DNA of 24,000 nt from Anaerolineales bacterium (GCA_049644605.1 JBARSF010000064.1:40167-64166); one strand, 5' to 3'; positions 16,809 to 24,000 are shown, numbered from the stretch's first letter. Numbers and translations: made by a program. The notes: generated from the letters alone by a model not told the origin.

Positions 16809-16959
16809 TTAAGCTACCATTTATCCAGGAGACTATAAAAAATTTTAACATCCCTGGAGAGTGAGAATATCCTGAGAGTAGTGGTGGTAAATCGAAGGGA
16901 TAGGTGCTCAGAGTAACTTTGGATTTATTTTAAACTAGATTCAGGCTTCGTTAATCTTC

Positions 16960-16989
16960 TTGACACTGCGGGAGATCCCCAGGTATAAT
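16960..16989 (+). promoter_or_regulatory. Consensus sigma-70 promoter (TTGACA-18 bp-TATAAT) of the fur-family/metal-uptake operon
   Basis: The -35 at 16960-16965 and the -10 at 16984-16989 both match consensus perfectly. The 18-bp spacer is slightly long. Confidence 0.65.
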
Positions 16990-16998
16990 GCACTAAGT

Positions 16999-17018
16999 GA
17001 TAATGATAATTATTATCA
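16999..17018. promoter_or_regulatory. Fur-family operator (Fur box)
   Basis: GATAATGATAATTATTATC (16999-17017) matches the classical 19-bp Fur box GATAATGATAATCATTATC at 18 of 19 positions. It contains a perfect 7-1-7 palindrome TGATAAT-T-ATTATCA (17004-17018). It lies immediately downstream of the -10, at the expected TSS. Confidence 0.8.
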
Positions 17019-17024
17019 ATAAGG

Positions 17025-17477
17025 ATGACTTTTATGGAAACAACCTCTGTGGATCATATCCTGGACTCCTGGCAGAATTTACTTCACCAGCGCGGTTATC
17101 GTGTAACCCGACCTCGACGCCAGGTGATGGAAATCATTGTTTCCAGCGAGACCGCCCTAACTCCCCAGCAGATCTACCACAAATCTCTAGAATTGGATCA
17201 GTCTCCTGGAATAGCCAGCGTGTACCGCACCCTGGAGATGCTGGACAGGTTGGGCTTAATCCAGCAGATTCACCAGACCGAGGGATGTCATGGAATCTGG
17301 CCTACGGTGGATGGTCATAAACACCTGCTGCTGTGCAGAAATTGCGGCCAGATGCAGGTGATCGAAGGTAATGAAGAGATAACTGAGTACATCAGTATGA
17401 TAGAGAAAAATACCGGGTATAAGGTGGATGAACACTGGCTGCAGTTATTTGGAATCTGCAGCGGCTGCTCGGATTAG
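17025..17477 (+). CDS. Fur-family metalloregulator (Fur/Zur/Mur-type; metal specificity unresolved)
   Basis: A winged-helix N-terminal domain (RVTRPRRQVMEII...ASVYRTLEMLDRLGLI) and two CxxC pairs (CRNCG, CSGC) are present. An alternative start ATG at 17034 has AAGGA 8 nt upstream. Confidence 0.9.
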   Translation: MTFMETTSVDHILDSWQNLLHQRGYRVTRPRRQVMEIIVSSETALTPQQIYHKSLELDQSPGIASVYRTLEMLDRLGLIQQIHQTEGCHGIWPTVDGHKHLLLCRNCGQMQVIEGNEEITEYISMIEKNTGYKVDEHWLQLFGICSGCSD

Positions 17478-17497
17478 GGCTTGAAGGAATTTTGTAT

Positions 17498-18463
17498 ATG
17501 AAAGGAATTTGGAAAAGACCTTTCCGTTTTGGCTTATTTTTTGTCGTTGTAATGCTGTTTTCCGCCTGCGGAAGGTCATCTGAGGGAAATCAATCCCCGG
17601 AGGAAGGCAAAATCCAGGTTGTGGTCACTACAACCTTTATTGGTGATGTGGTGAATAACATCGCAGGAGATAACGTAGATATTACTGCGCTGCTGACGGC
17701 AGGGCAGAACCCTCATTCTTACCAAGCCGCTCCAATGGATATGGTGGCGGTCACAGAGGCTGATTTGATCCTGGCTAATGGTTTCGGACTGGAGGATTTC
17801 CTGGAGGACCTGCTGTCCGGTTCGGATACAAAAGCAGAAGTGATTGTGGTCTCTAAGGGCATCACGCCGCTGATGATAGAAGGGCATCTTGAAGAGGATG
17901 ATGACCATAGTTTAGAGGATTCCATGGATGCCGTGATGGGCCAGGACCCTCACGTCTGGTTCGACCCCAATAACGTTCTGATCTGGACTGAAAACATCGC
18001 CCGGATCCTGGCGGAAGAGGATCCAGAGAACAAAGCCCTTTACCAGGCCAATTTAGACACCTATCAAGGGCAGCTGCTGGAGCTGGATGCCTGGATCCGG
18101 GAGCAGATCAGAGAGATCCCTGAAGACCAGCGGGAGCTGGTGACAGACCATACTACCCTGGGCTATTTTGCGCGGGAGTACGGACTGGTCCAGATCGGGG
18201 CTGTTATCCCGGCCCTGACTACCGAAGCGGAGACATCTGGCATGGAGCTGGCGGAGCTGATCGACACGATTCAGGCACATCAAACCAAAGCCATTTTTGT
18301 TGGTGTGGATTATGATCCCAGCTTGGCTCAGCGGGTGGCAGATGAAACCGGGGTGGAGCTGGTGCCGCTCTATTTTGGCTCGCTGTCGGACGGCGAACCG
18401 GCCGGGACTTATCTATCATTTATGCGTTATAACGTAAGCGCCATTGTGAAGGCGCTGCAATAG
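17498..18463 (+). CDS. Metal ABC transporter substrate-binding lipoprotein (cluster A-I, ZnuA/TroA/MntC family)
   Basis: The lipoprotein signal is FVVVMLFSACG. Family motifs are VVTTTFIGDVV, NPHSYQ and DPHVWFDP. An acidic/His-containing loop EGHLEEDDDHSLEDSMD lies at nt 17879-17941. ATG at 17498 has GAAGGA 9 nt upstream (the track uses TTG 17492). Confidence 0.9.
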   Translation: MKGIWKRPFRFGLFFVVVMLFSACGRSSEGNQSPEEGKIQVVVTTTFIGDVVNNIAGDNVDITALLTAGQNPHSYQAAPMDMVAVTEADLILANGFGLEDFLEDLLSGSDTKAEVIVVSKGITPLMIEGHLEEDDDHSLEDSMDAVMGQDPHVWFDPNNVLIWTENIARILAEEDPENKALYQANLDTYQGQLLELDAWIREQIREIPEDQRELVTDHTTLGYFAREYGLVQIGAVIPALTTEAETSGMELAELIDTIQAHQTKAIFVGVDYDPSLAQRVADETGVELVPLYFGSLSDGEPAGTYLSFMRYNVSAIVKALQ

Positions 18464-18472
18464 GCAGGTAAC

Positions 18473-19324
18473 ATGAAAAACCTGATTAATACCTTTCGCA
18501 AACAATCATTTTCGCGGCGTTATGCCCCCCATCAAAAGGACGCACCGCTGTTGGCCATGCAGGACATCACAGTTCATTATGAAACCGGGATGGTGCTCGA
18601 CCGGATCAGCTTCGATCTGACGCCGGGCGCTGCCGTGGCTGTGGTGGGGCCCAACGGGGCTGGAAAGACCACTCTTTTTAAGGTGATTGCCGGTATCTTA
18701 GATCCAGGTGAAGGTGTCGTCCAGGTATCCGGACATGAACCTGGCGGCCATACCTGCATTGCTTACGTACCCCAGCGCAGCACGGTGGACTGGACCTTCC
18801 CGGCCACGGTGGCCGATGTGGTCATGATGGGCCGCATAAACAAGATGGGTCCTTTTTTGTGGCCTCAGAAAGAAGACTGGGACGTGGTTCAGCGCTCACT
18901 TGATTTTGTGAACCTGTCTGCCTACGCTAAACGCCAGATCAGCGAACTATCCGGTGGGCAGCAACAGCGCATGTTCATTGCCCGGGCCCTGGCCCAGGAA
19001 GCGGAACTGATGCTGATGGATGAACCCTTTAATGGCCTGGATGTGCCGACCCAGGAAAAGATCCTTGAGATTCTGGAAACACTCAAGATCCAAAACGTGA
19101 CTGTGATGATCTCAATGCATGACCTGCGGCTGGCAGCCGAACAGTTTAACCGGGTTATGCTATTGAATAAAGAATTGTTGGGATTCGGGGTTCCGGAAGA
19201 GGTTTTTACGCGCGACTTATTATTGAAAGCCTACCAAGGGCACCTGCATTTTGTGGAAGGGGAATTTGACACCCTGGCTGTGGGGGACGACTGCTGTGAA
19301 GGAGGTTATGATGAGTATCGTTGA
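18473..19324 (+). CDS. Metal ABC transporter ATP-binding protein (ZnuC/TroB/MntB-like)
   Basis: Walker A GPNGAGKTT, signature LSGGQQQR, Walker B LMLMDEP. Confidence 0.9.
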   Translation: MKNLINTFRKQSFSRRYAPHQKDAPLLAMQDITVHYETGMVLDRISFDLTPGAAVAVVGPNGAGKTTLFKVIAGILDPGEGVVQVSGHEPGGHTCIAYVPQRSTVDWTFPATVADVVMMGRINKMGPFLWPQKEDWDVVQRSLDFVNLSAYAKRQISELSGGQQQRMFIARALAQEAELMLMDEPFNGLDVPTQEKILEILETLKIQNVTVMISMHDLRLAAEQFNRVMLLNKELLGFGVPEEVFTRDLLLKAYQGHLHFVEGEFDTLAVGDDCCEGGYDEYR

Positions 19325-20177
19325 TCTGCTTCTGATACCATTGAACTACTCCTTTATGGTCCGGGGTCTCACCGCGGCGGTGTTGACCGGCATTGTTTGC
19401 GCTGTGATTGGCGTTTATGTAGTAGTGCGGGGCATGGCCTTTTTTGGGGATGCCCTGGCACACTCGATTTTACCCGGTGTGGCAGTAGGATATTTACTTA
19501 CTGGCGGCGCCCGGGAGCCGCTCTTCTGGTGGGGGACCGGAACAGCGGTCGTGGTCTCGCTGGCGATTGGTGCGGTCAGCAAAGGCGCCAGGATCAAACA
19601 AGACACCGCTATCGGCATTATCTTTGCGGGCATGTTTGCTCTGGGTATCGCCATCATCTCCACTGTAAAGAGCTACACCGTGGATTTGACCCATTTCCTG
19701 TTTGGGGATGTACTGGGGGTGTCCGGGAACCAGCTAATCACCATTGCAGTCTTCAGCGCTCTGATCCTGTTCCTGGTGATCGCCTTTTATAAGGAATTCC
19801 TGGTCTTGACCTTTGACCCGACTCTGGCGGCCACATTGAGGATCCCTACCCGGGTTTTTGAATATCTGCAGCTGGTGTTAATTGCCCTGACCATTGCGGT
19901 CTCATTCCAGGCTGTGGGGGTGGCCCTGATGGTAGCAATGCTGGTAACGCCAGCTGCCGCTGCCTATTTACTGACTAAACGTCTGCCGGTAATGATGATC
20001 CTGGCAGCTGTGATAGCTTCCGCTTCCGGAGTGATTGGACTATATCTTTCTTATTATGTAAACGTAGCTTCTGGCCCGGCCATCGTATTGGTAGCGACGG
20101 GCTTTTTCCTGTTTGCCTGGGGGTATTCTTTTCTTAAAAAAAGGAAGACGATTTTGGAATCTGCTTCGGAAGGCTAA
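19308..20177 (+). CDS. Metal ABC transporter permease (ABC-3 family, ZnuB/TroC-like)
   Basis: A polytopic membrane protein. Its likely start MMSIVDLL at 19308/19311 follows GGAGG (19301-19305), and it overlaps the ATPase stop. The track ORF starts at 19251. Confidence 0.9.
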   Translation: MMSIVDLLLIPLNYSFMVRGLTAAVLTGIVCAVIGVYVVVRGMAFFGDALAHSILPGVAVGYLLTGGAREPLFWWGTGTAVVVSLAIGAVSKGARIKQDTAIGIIFAGMFALGIAIISTVKSYTVDLTHFLFGDVLGVSGNQLITIAVFSALILFLVIAFYKEFLVLTFDPTLAATLRIPTRVFEYLQLVLIALTIAVSFQAVGVALMVAMLVTPAAAAYLLTKRLPVMMILAAVIASASGVIGLYLSYYVNVASGPAIVLVATGFFLFAWGYSFLKKRKTILESASEG

Positions 20178-20189
20178 ACAAAAGAGATT

Positions 20190-20474
20190 TCAGAAATTGT
20201 TCGTTACAAATTTTACTTCCTGAGCGATATCCCCAGCTGTTTTTTGCAGGACTGGTCCAATTTCTAACATTAGATCTTTGGTCAGGCGGTAGGATGGTCC
20301 GGCTATAGCGATCGATGCAATTGGATCATTATTCTGGTTAAGAATTGGAGCAGCCACAGCATTTATCCCTTCTTCAAATTCCTGCTTGGAAATCGCGAAT
20401 CCCCTTTCATGGATTCGACGCAGTGCTTGAAAAAAGTCTTCCCGATTAACTATTGAGTGTTGAGTATAGGGAGG
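20190..20474 (-). pseudogene. IclR-family regulator, C-terminal effector-domain fragment truncated at the IS boundary
   Basis: My minus-strand translation starts exactly at the IS end: PPYTQHSIVNREDFFQALRRIHERGFAISKQEFEEGINAVAAPILNQNNDPIASIAIAGPSYRLTKDLMLEIGPVLQKTAGDIAQEVKFVTNNF*. This matches the IclR pattern YT..TI....L..EL..IR..G[YF]A...EE...G...VAAPI.....VAAISI.GP..R. There is no start codon and no HTH domain. Confidence 0.7.
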
Positions 20475-20486
20475 TGACCTGCCCCC
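20475..20486. repeat. IS terminal inverted repeat at the orfB-proximal end
   Basis: TGACCTGCCCCC. The orfB stop (20504-20506) lies within the extended imperfect IR. Confidence 0.85.
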
Positions 20487-20503
20487 AGAATTAGTACCAG
20501 TTG

Positions 20504-21316
20504 TTATGTTACACCAGCGGGCTGAAGTTGTGAAGTGAGTGGGATGAAAGCTGCCGGTGTTGGGGGAGTATAACCCAATGCACTGTGTGGTCTAATCTGA
20601 TTGTAATGCCACCTCCATTGCTCAATGATGATTTGAGCTTCTGTGAGTGAATAGAAAATCTCTCCCGCTAATAATTCATCTCTCATTTTGCCGTTGAAAG
20701 ATTCAATATATCCGTTTTCCCAGGGGCTCCCTGGTTCGATGAATAAAGGCTTGATCTCTAATCTAGATAAGTATTCACGCACTTTCTTCGCAGTAAACTC
20801 TGATCCATTGTCTGAACGAATGTGAACCGGGACACCACGCTCGAGAAATAAATCTGTTAGCACTTCTAATACTTCCTTGTGGGTTAAACTTCTGGCGACT
20901 TTGATTGCCAGGCATTCTCTCGTGTATTCATCGATGACATTGAGAATTCGATAAGGCACACCATTGTGCGTGCGATCCTGCATGAAGTCATAGCTCCATA
21001 CGTGTTTTGGGAACTCAGGACGCAAACGGACCACTGAGCCATCATTGAGCCACAGCCTACCTCGTTTTGGCTGTTTTTGAGGGACTTTCAAGCCTTCTTC
21101 TCTCCAAATCCTCTCTACACGTTTGTGATTGACGATCCATCCTTGATTACGCAGCAAGGCAGTCACTCTCCGGTATCCGTAGCGCCCATACGCACTGGCT
21201 AACTTAATAACCTTCATCCGCAACAGCTCCTCATCTTCGGGAACCTCTTTTTGATAGCGCTGGGTGGATCTTGGTTGTTGCAGTACCCGGCAGGCTCGAC
21301 GTTCTGAAATATCCAT
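20504..21316 (-). CDS. IS3-family transposase OrfB (DDE/rve integrase core)
   Basis: VWSYDFM, IRSDNGSEFTA and GSPWENGYIESFNGKMRDELL are present. The last is an IS407-group-like motif. The protein is probably expressed as an OrfAB fusion by -1 frameshifting. Confidence 0.9.
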   Translation of the reverse strand: MDISERRACRVLQQPRSTQRYQKEVPEDEELLRMKVIKLASAYGRYGYRRVTALLRNQGWIVNHKRVERIWREEGLKVPQKQPKRGRLWLNDGSVVRLRPEFPKHVWSYDFMQDRTHNGVPYRILNVIDEYTRECLAIKVARSLTHKEVLEVLTDLFLERGVPVHIRSDNGSEFTAKKVREYLSRLEIKPLFIEPGSPWENGYIESFNGKMRDELLAGEIFYSLTEAQIIIEQWRWHYNQIRPHSALGYTPPTPAAFIPLTSQLQPAGVT

Positions 21317-21363
21317 TGCATTGATTGCCTGTTTGACCGCTTGCCGCCGCCTGTCCGGGCTAA

Positions 21364-21642
21364 CTACTTTTTTGAGAGCACTTCCTTCAGGATCGCGTTA
21401 TCAAGAGATAGGTCAGCGACCAGATATTTTAATCGGGCGTTCTCTTTTTCCAAATTTTTGAGTTTTTTTGCTTGTGTCATATCCAGTCCCCCATATTCTT
21501 TTCGCCAGCGATAATAGGTCTGTTTACTGATTTCTAATATCTTGGCGATTTCTTCTGCTGTTTTCCCCTGACTCATCAACACATCAGCTTCCCGCAACTT
21601 TATGATGATCTGTTCGGTTGAGTAGCGTCGTTTTCTTGCCAT
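21364..21642 (-). CDS. IS3-family transposase OrfA (HTH plus leucine-zipper-like region)
   Basis: MARKRRYSTEQIIIKLREADVLMSQGKTAEEIAKILEISKQTYYRWRKEYGG...LEKENARLKYLVADLSLDNAILKEVL is a typical IS3 OrfA. AAGGAGA lies 6 nt upstream of the ATG. Confidence 0.9.
   Translation of the reverse strand: MARKRRYSTEQIIIKLREADVLMSQGKTAEEIAKILEISKQTYYRWRKEYGGLDMTQAKKLKNLEKENARLKYLVADLSLDNAILKEVLSKK
21367..21373 (-). promoter_or_regulatory. Programmed -1 ribosomal frameshift heptamer A-AAA-AAG
   Basis: The minus strand reads ...GTG CTC TCA AAA AAG TAG. A -1 slip continues as VVSPDRRRQAVKQAINAMDISERRACRVL..., which is exactly the orfB frame. Confidence 0.8.
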
Positions 21643-21693
21643 TGCCTGTCTCCTTTTGCCTGATCTGTAACATTGTACTTGGATCAGGTTTTG

Positions 21694-21705
21694 GGGGGCA
21701 GGTCA
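21694..21705. repeat. IS terminal inverted repeat at the orfA-proximal end
   Basis: GGGGGCAGGTCA, the reverse complement of the repeat at 20475-20486. Confidence 0.85.
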
Positions 21706-21913
21706 GGGTTGGGACGTCCAATTGAACGATTGTGAGGAGCATGCCGCGGTTTGTTATCGTGTTATATGAAGGTGGCATTTGGACCAACGATCGTGCTGCT
21801 AGCCTGGGGATCATATTTGTTTATGAAGAGGAAAATGATCCAGGAATTCACTGAGGTTATTTCGAGTGCAGCTATCAGCAACCCAGTAAACCATAAGCGG
21901 AGATTCACCTTCA

Positions 21914-21939
21914 TAAACGTTAAACCTTAAACGTTAAAC
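21914..21939. repeat. Tandem direct repeat TAAACGTTAAAC x2 (14-bp period, each copy containing the AACGTT palindrome)
   Basis: Copies read directly at 21914-21925 and 21928-21939, in a 312-bp unannotated spacer between the IS and the VOC gene. Confidence 0.5.
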
Positions 21940-22017
21940 ATATAACCAGCTTCACCGCACCCTGCTGATCTTTGACCAAATGCTCCAGGGAAGTTGGTTT
22001 GGAAATTCTTTTCCCCC

Positions 22018-22356
22018 CTATTTTTCTTCCATTGATAACTCCCAGATGTTATACACTACCCCAAAAGGATCCCGGATGTAGCAGTCCTGACCTACCCCAC
22101 GCCAGCGGATAACTTCGCAGCCGTTAATGACGAGATCCTCCCGGGCTTTTTCAAGGTTATCCACAAATAACTCCAAAACAACCCCGCACAATTCCTGGTC
22201 CTTTATCAGGAACATATTCAAAGGGCTGGCGTCAAAATCCCCCAGATCTGGATCCGAGGAGCGGTTCTGGAAACCAAACACCCTGGAATAAAAATCCATT
22301 GCCTTATTAAATCTGTCAGTCCTGACAGCGATGTTGGGACTCATTTTAAATTTCAT
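22018..22356 (-). CDS. VOC-family (glyoxalase/bleomycin-resistance-like) protein
   Basis: 112 aa. The N-terminal beta-alpha-beta pattern AVRTDRFNKAMDFYSRVFGF and the C-terminal IRDPFGVVYNIWE are typical of single-module VOC proteins. Confidence 0.75.
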   Translation of the reverse strand: MKFKMSPNIAVRTDRFNKAMDFYSRVFGFQNRSSDPDLGDFDASPLNMFLIKDQELCGVVLELFVDNLEKAREDLVINGCEVIRWRGVGQDCYIRDPFGVVYNIWELSMEEK

Positions 22357-22442
22357 GTTTCCTCCAAGTCTCTATATCACCCCCTCACATTGGCACTTTC
22401 TCCCAATCCCGGTCCTCTTTCATCGGTCTCCGGTCAAATGAT

Positions 22443-23486
22443 TTAATAACCCTTATGGATCATTTTAAGCGCCCACTCAGCCGCTTCCCGCACCAATGGC
22501 TCCTCGTCCTCAAGGGCAGCGGTCAGGGTGGGTATGGCGTTCTCTTCCCCCTGATTGCCCAGGGCCACAGCGACATTGCGCAAATACCCCCGGCGTTTGG
22601 TCCTCTTGATCGGGCTGCCCTTAAAGCGGTTGCTGAACTCCTCCTGGCTGAGTCCCAGCTCTTTGATCAGATCAACATCAACCAGTTCTTCTCTCGGGAT
22701 TAGCTCCTCCAGGATGGAGGGGGCTTCAGCGCCGGGTTTATTCCAGGGGCAGACGATCTGGCAGATATCACAGCCAAAAATCCAATCCCCCATCAAAGAA
22801 CGCAGCTCCAGAGGGATCTCCTCCCGGTGTTCAATGGTCAGATAGGAGATGCAGCGCCTGGCATCCAGAGTGTAGGGCTCTTGCAATGCGCCGGTTGGGC
22901 AGGTATCCAGGCAGCGGGTGCAGTTCCCACAATGTTGAACAGTAATCGGTGAGTCAGTAATCAGTTCTATGCCCAGAAGGATTTCAGAAAGAAAAAAATA
23001 GGATCCATACTCTTGATTGATGAGAATGGAATTTTTTCCAATCCAGCCCAGACCGGCCCGCATGGCCAATTCTTTTTCCAACACCGGCCCGGTATCCACA
23101 TACCAACGGTTGGGCACAGCTGTGCCGACCCATTCCTCTATCGCTTCCACCAGCTCCTGGAGGCGTTTTACGAGGATGTCATGGTAATCCTGGTTCAGGG
23201 CATAAGCTGCTATATTTCCACCCTTTAGGTTTCCCTTCGGCGCTGGATATGGGGCTCCCAAAACCAGGATAGATTGGCATTCCGGGAGGATTTTCCTGGG
23301 ATCCGATCGCCTTTTAAGAGAGCGCTCAGCAGCCATCCAATCCATAGAAGCCTGGTAACCGGATTGGAGCCAGTCCCGGAAGAAATCCAGATGGGCAGGG
23401 GGCTCGGGCGTGGTCACGCCCACCAGAGGAAACCCCAGCTGAACCGCTTTTTCTTTTATTTTTTGGATCAGGTCTATTTTATCCAT
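22443..23486 (-). CDS. queG: tRNA epoxyqueuosine(34) reductase
   Basis: Ferredoxin-type clusters CGNCTRCLDTCPTGA and CDICQIVCPWNK are present, with a C-terminal HEAT-like region. The N-terminus MDKIDLIQKIKEKAVQLGFPLVGVTTPEP resembles QueG N-termini. ATG at 23486 lies 4 nt after the upstream stop. The track ORF extends to 23519. Confidence 0.9.
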   Translation of the reverse strand: MDKIDLIQKIKEKAVQLGFPLVGVTTPEPPAHLDFFRDWLQSGYQASMDWMAAERSLKRRSDPRKILPECQSILVLGAPYPAPKGNLKGGNIAAYALNQDYHDILVKRLQELVEAIEEWVGTAVPNRWYVDTGPVLEKELAMRAGLGWIGKNSILINQEYGSYFFLSEILLGIELITDSPITVQHCGNCTRCLDTCPTGALQEPYTLDARRCISYLTIEHREEIPLELRSLMGDWIFGCDICQIVCPWNKPGAEAPSILEELIPREELVDVDLIKELGLSQEEFSNRFKGSPIKRTKRRGYLRNVAVALGNQGEENAIPTLTAALEDEEPLVREAAEWALKMIHKGY

Positions 23487-23490
23487 GTCC

Positions 23491-24000
23491 TTATGGAATC
23501 CAGGTTGGTGAGAAACCATTGATGATCAACCGCAGGTTATTTGTTCCATCCCGGTTGATCACCCAGATTTCCGGAGGATCGGAGAGTGTTGCCTGGTTGT
23601 ACCGGACATAAGCCAATTGATCTCCTTCAGGGTGCCAGGAAAAGGAAGAGTGATGATAATCTCCAGCGGATGTAAGCCCGCTGCTTGTACCCTGATCGAT
23701 ATCCATAATCCATAATTGACGCCCGGGTGACCATTCATCCGGATCCAAGGATTTCCTGCCGTAGGCCAGAATTAAACCCTGAGGAGAAAAACTGGGGTTT
23801 AAATGCTCAAAAAAATTTCCAATGGAGAGATCAACCTGCTGATTTTCTAACAGGTCATACATCAGCAGATGCCTGGGAGCTAGAGTTTCGCTGACAAAGG
23901 GGATTTCCGTGTATACAAAATATCGCCCATCAGCTGACCAGGTACCATCACCGCCGGTTTCATTTGGAAACGAAAGTCCCTCGGATGTATACGGATTCCA
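23491..24000 (-). CDS. PD40/TolB-like beta-propeller repeat protein (C-terminal part; continues beyond the right window edge)
   Basis: Repeats of the type WSADGRYFVY, PSFSPQGLILAY and FSWHPEGDQLAYV are present. The reading frame stays open upstream of the track's Met (23862) to position 24000: WNPYTSEGLSFPNETGGDGTWSADGRYFVYTEIPFVSETLAPRHLLMYD... Confidence 0.75.
   Translation of the reverse strand, partial: WNPYTSEGLSFPNETGGDGTWSADGRYFVYTEIPFVSETLAPRHLLMYDLLENQQVDLSIGNFFEHLNPSFSPQGLILAYGRKSLDPDEWSPGRQLWIMDIDQGTSSGLTSAGDYHHSSFSWHPEGDQLAYVRYNQATLSDPPEIWVINRDGTNNLRLIINGFSPTWIP

Larger units (their letters stand above)
20475..21705 (-). mobile_element. IS3-family insertion sequence (IS407-group-like), 1231 bp, apparently intact
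   Basis: The terminal inverted repeats are TGACCTGCCCCC at 20475-20486 and its reverse complement at 21694-21705, with further imperfect matching including ATGTTACA about 30 bp in. orfA and orfB are in the -1 frame arrangement with an A-AAA-AAG slippery site. The TG...CA ends are typical of IS3. Confidence 0.9.

Noticed and set aside
16997-17320. A 107-aa plus-strand ORF overlapping the fur-family gene.
   Set aside because: It is in a different frame of the same strand as a well-supported Fur-family CDS, and its start lies inside the Fur box. It is spurious.
21584-21814. A 76-aa minus-strand ORF spanning the right IS boundary.
   Set aside because: It crosses the terminal inverted repeat and the 5' part of orfA in another frame. 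It is a chimeric read-through of flank and IS sequence, not a gene.
21706-21915. Possible N-terminal continuation of the IclR gene right of the IS. The segment INKYDPQASSTIVGPNATF vaguely resembles the IclR '...vGsrlPlh' region.
   Set aside because: The junction-compatible frame has multiple stops, the resemblance is weak and needs a frameshift, and there is no room for an HTH domain before the VOC gene. I keep it only as a caveat in the IS finding.
1-24000. A search for CRISPR arrays, tRNA/rRNA genes, toxin-antitoxin pairs and recognisable defence-system gene clusters.
   Set aside because: I saw no regularly spaced repeats, no tRNA-like T-arm or acceptor structures in the spacers, and no adjacent small-gene pairs or nuclease/methylase clusters. 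I did not invent any.

Overview
This looks like a mostly housekeeping chromosomal segment of a bacterium. PT-rich linkers, an NBR1-like lipoprotein and LysM envelope proteins are reminiscent of Chloroflexota/Anaerolineae, but that is only a guess. No rRNA, tRNA or CRISPR array was seen.

Minus-strand genes, listed left to right:
- two tandem FtsX-type ABC permeases
- a solitary 508-aa NTPase with a C-terminal OmpR/PhoB winged helix, sitting between AT-rich spacers
- priA
- a CNNM/CBS/CorC protein
- a MEMO-like protein

Plus-strand block:
- a small Rdx/SelW-like gene, best read as a selenoprotein with an in-frame TGA that the ORF track missed
- trpS and dtd
- a GNAT
- a promoter, mini-ORF and terminator leader in front of a 79-aa SWIM protein
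- miaB and a NUDIX hydrolase
- an NBR1-FW lipoprotein and a LysM protein
- a 430-bp structured non-coding spacer
- a Fur-box-controlled fur-family plus metal ABC importer operon

The right end holds an intact IS3-family (IS407-group-like) element abutting a truncated IclR-family gene, then a VOC protein, queG and a partial PD40 beta-propeller protein.

The most interesting items are:
- the orphan ATPase-wHTH gene with PhoB-box-like repeats upstream
- the missed CxxU selenoprotein with a candidate SECIS element
- the leader-peptide/attenuator-like unit upstream of the SWIM gene
- the IS-associated IclR truncation, which has no target-site duplication

I see no multi-gene system that I can confidently call novel. 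The candidates above are hypotheses and need database and structure searches that I cannot run.
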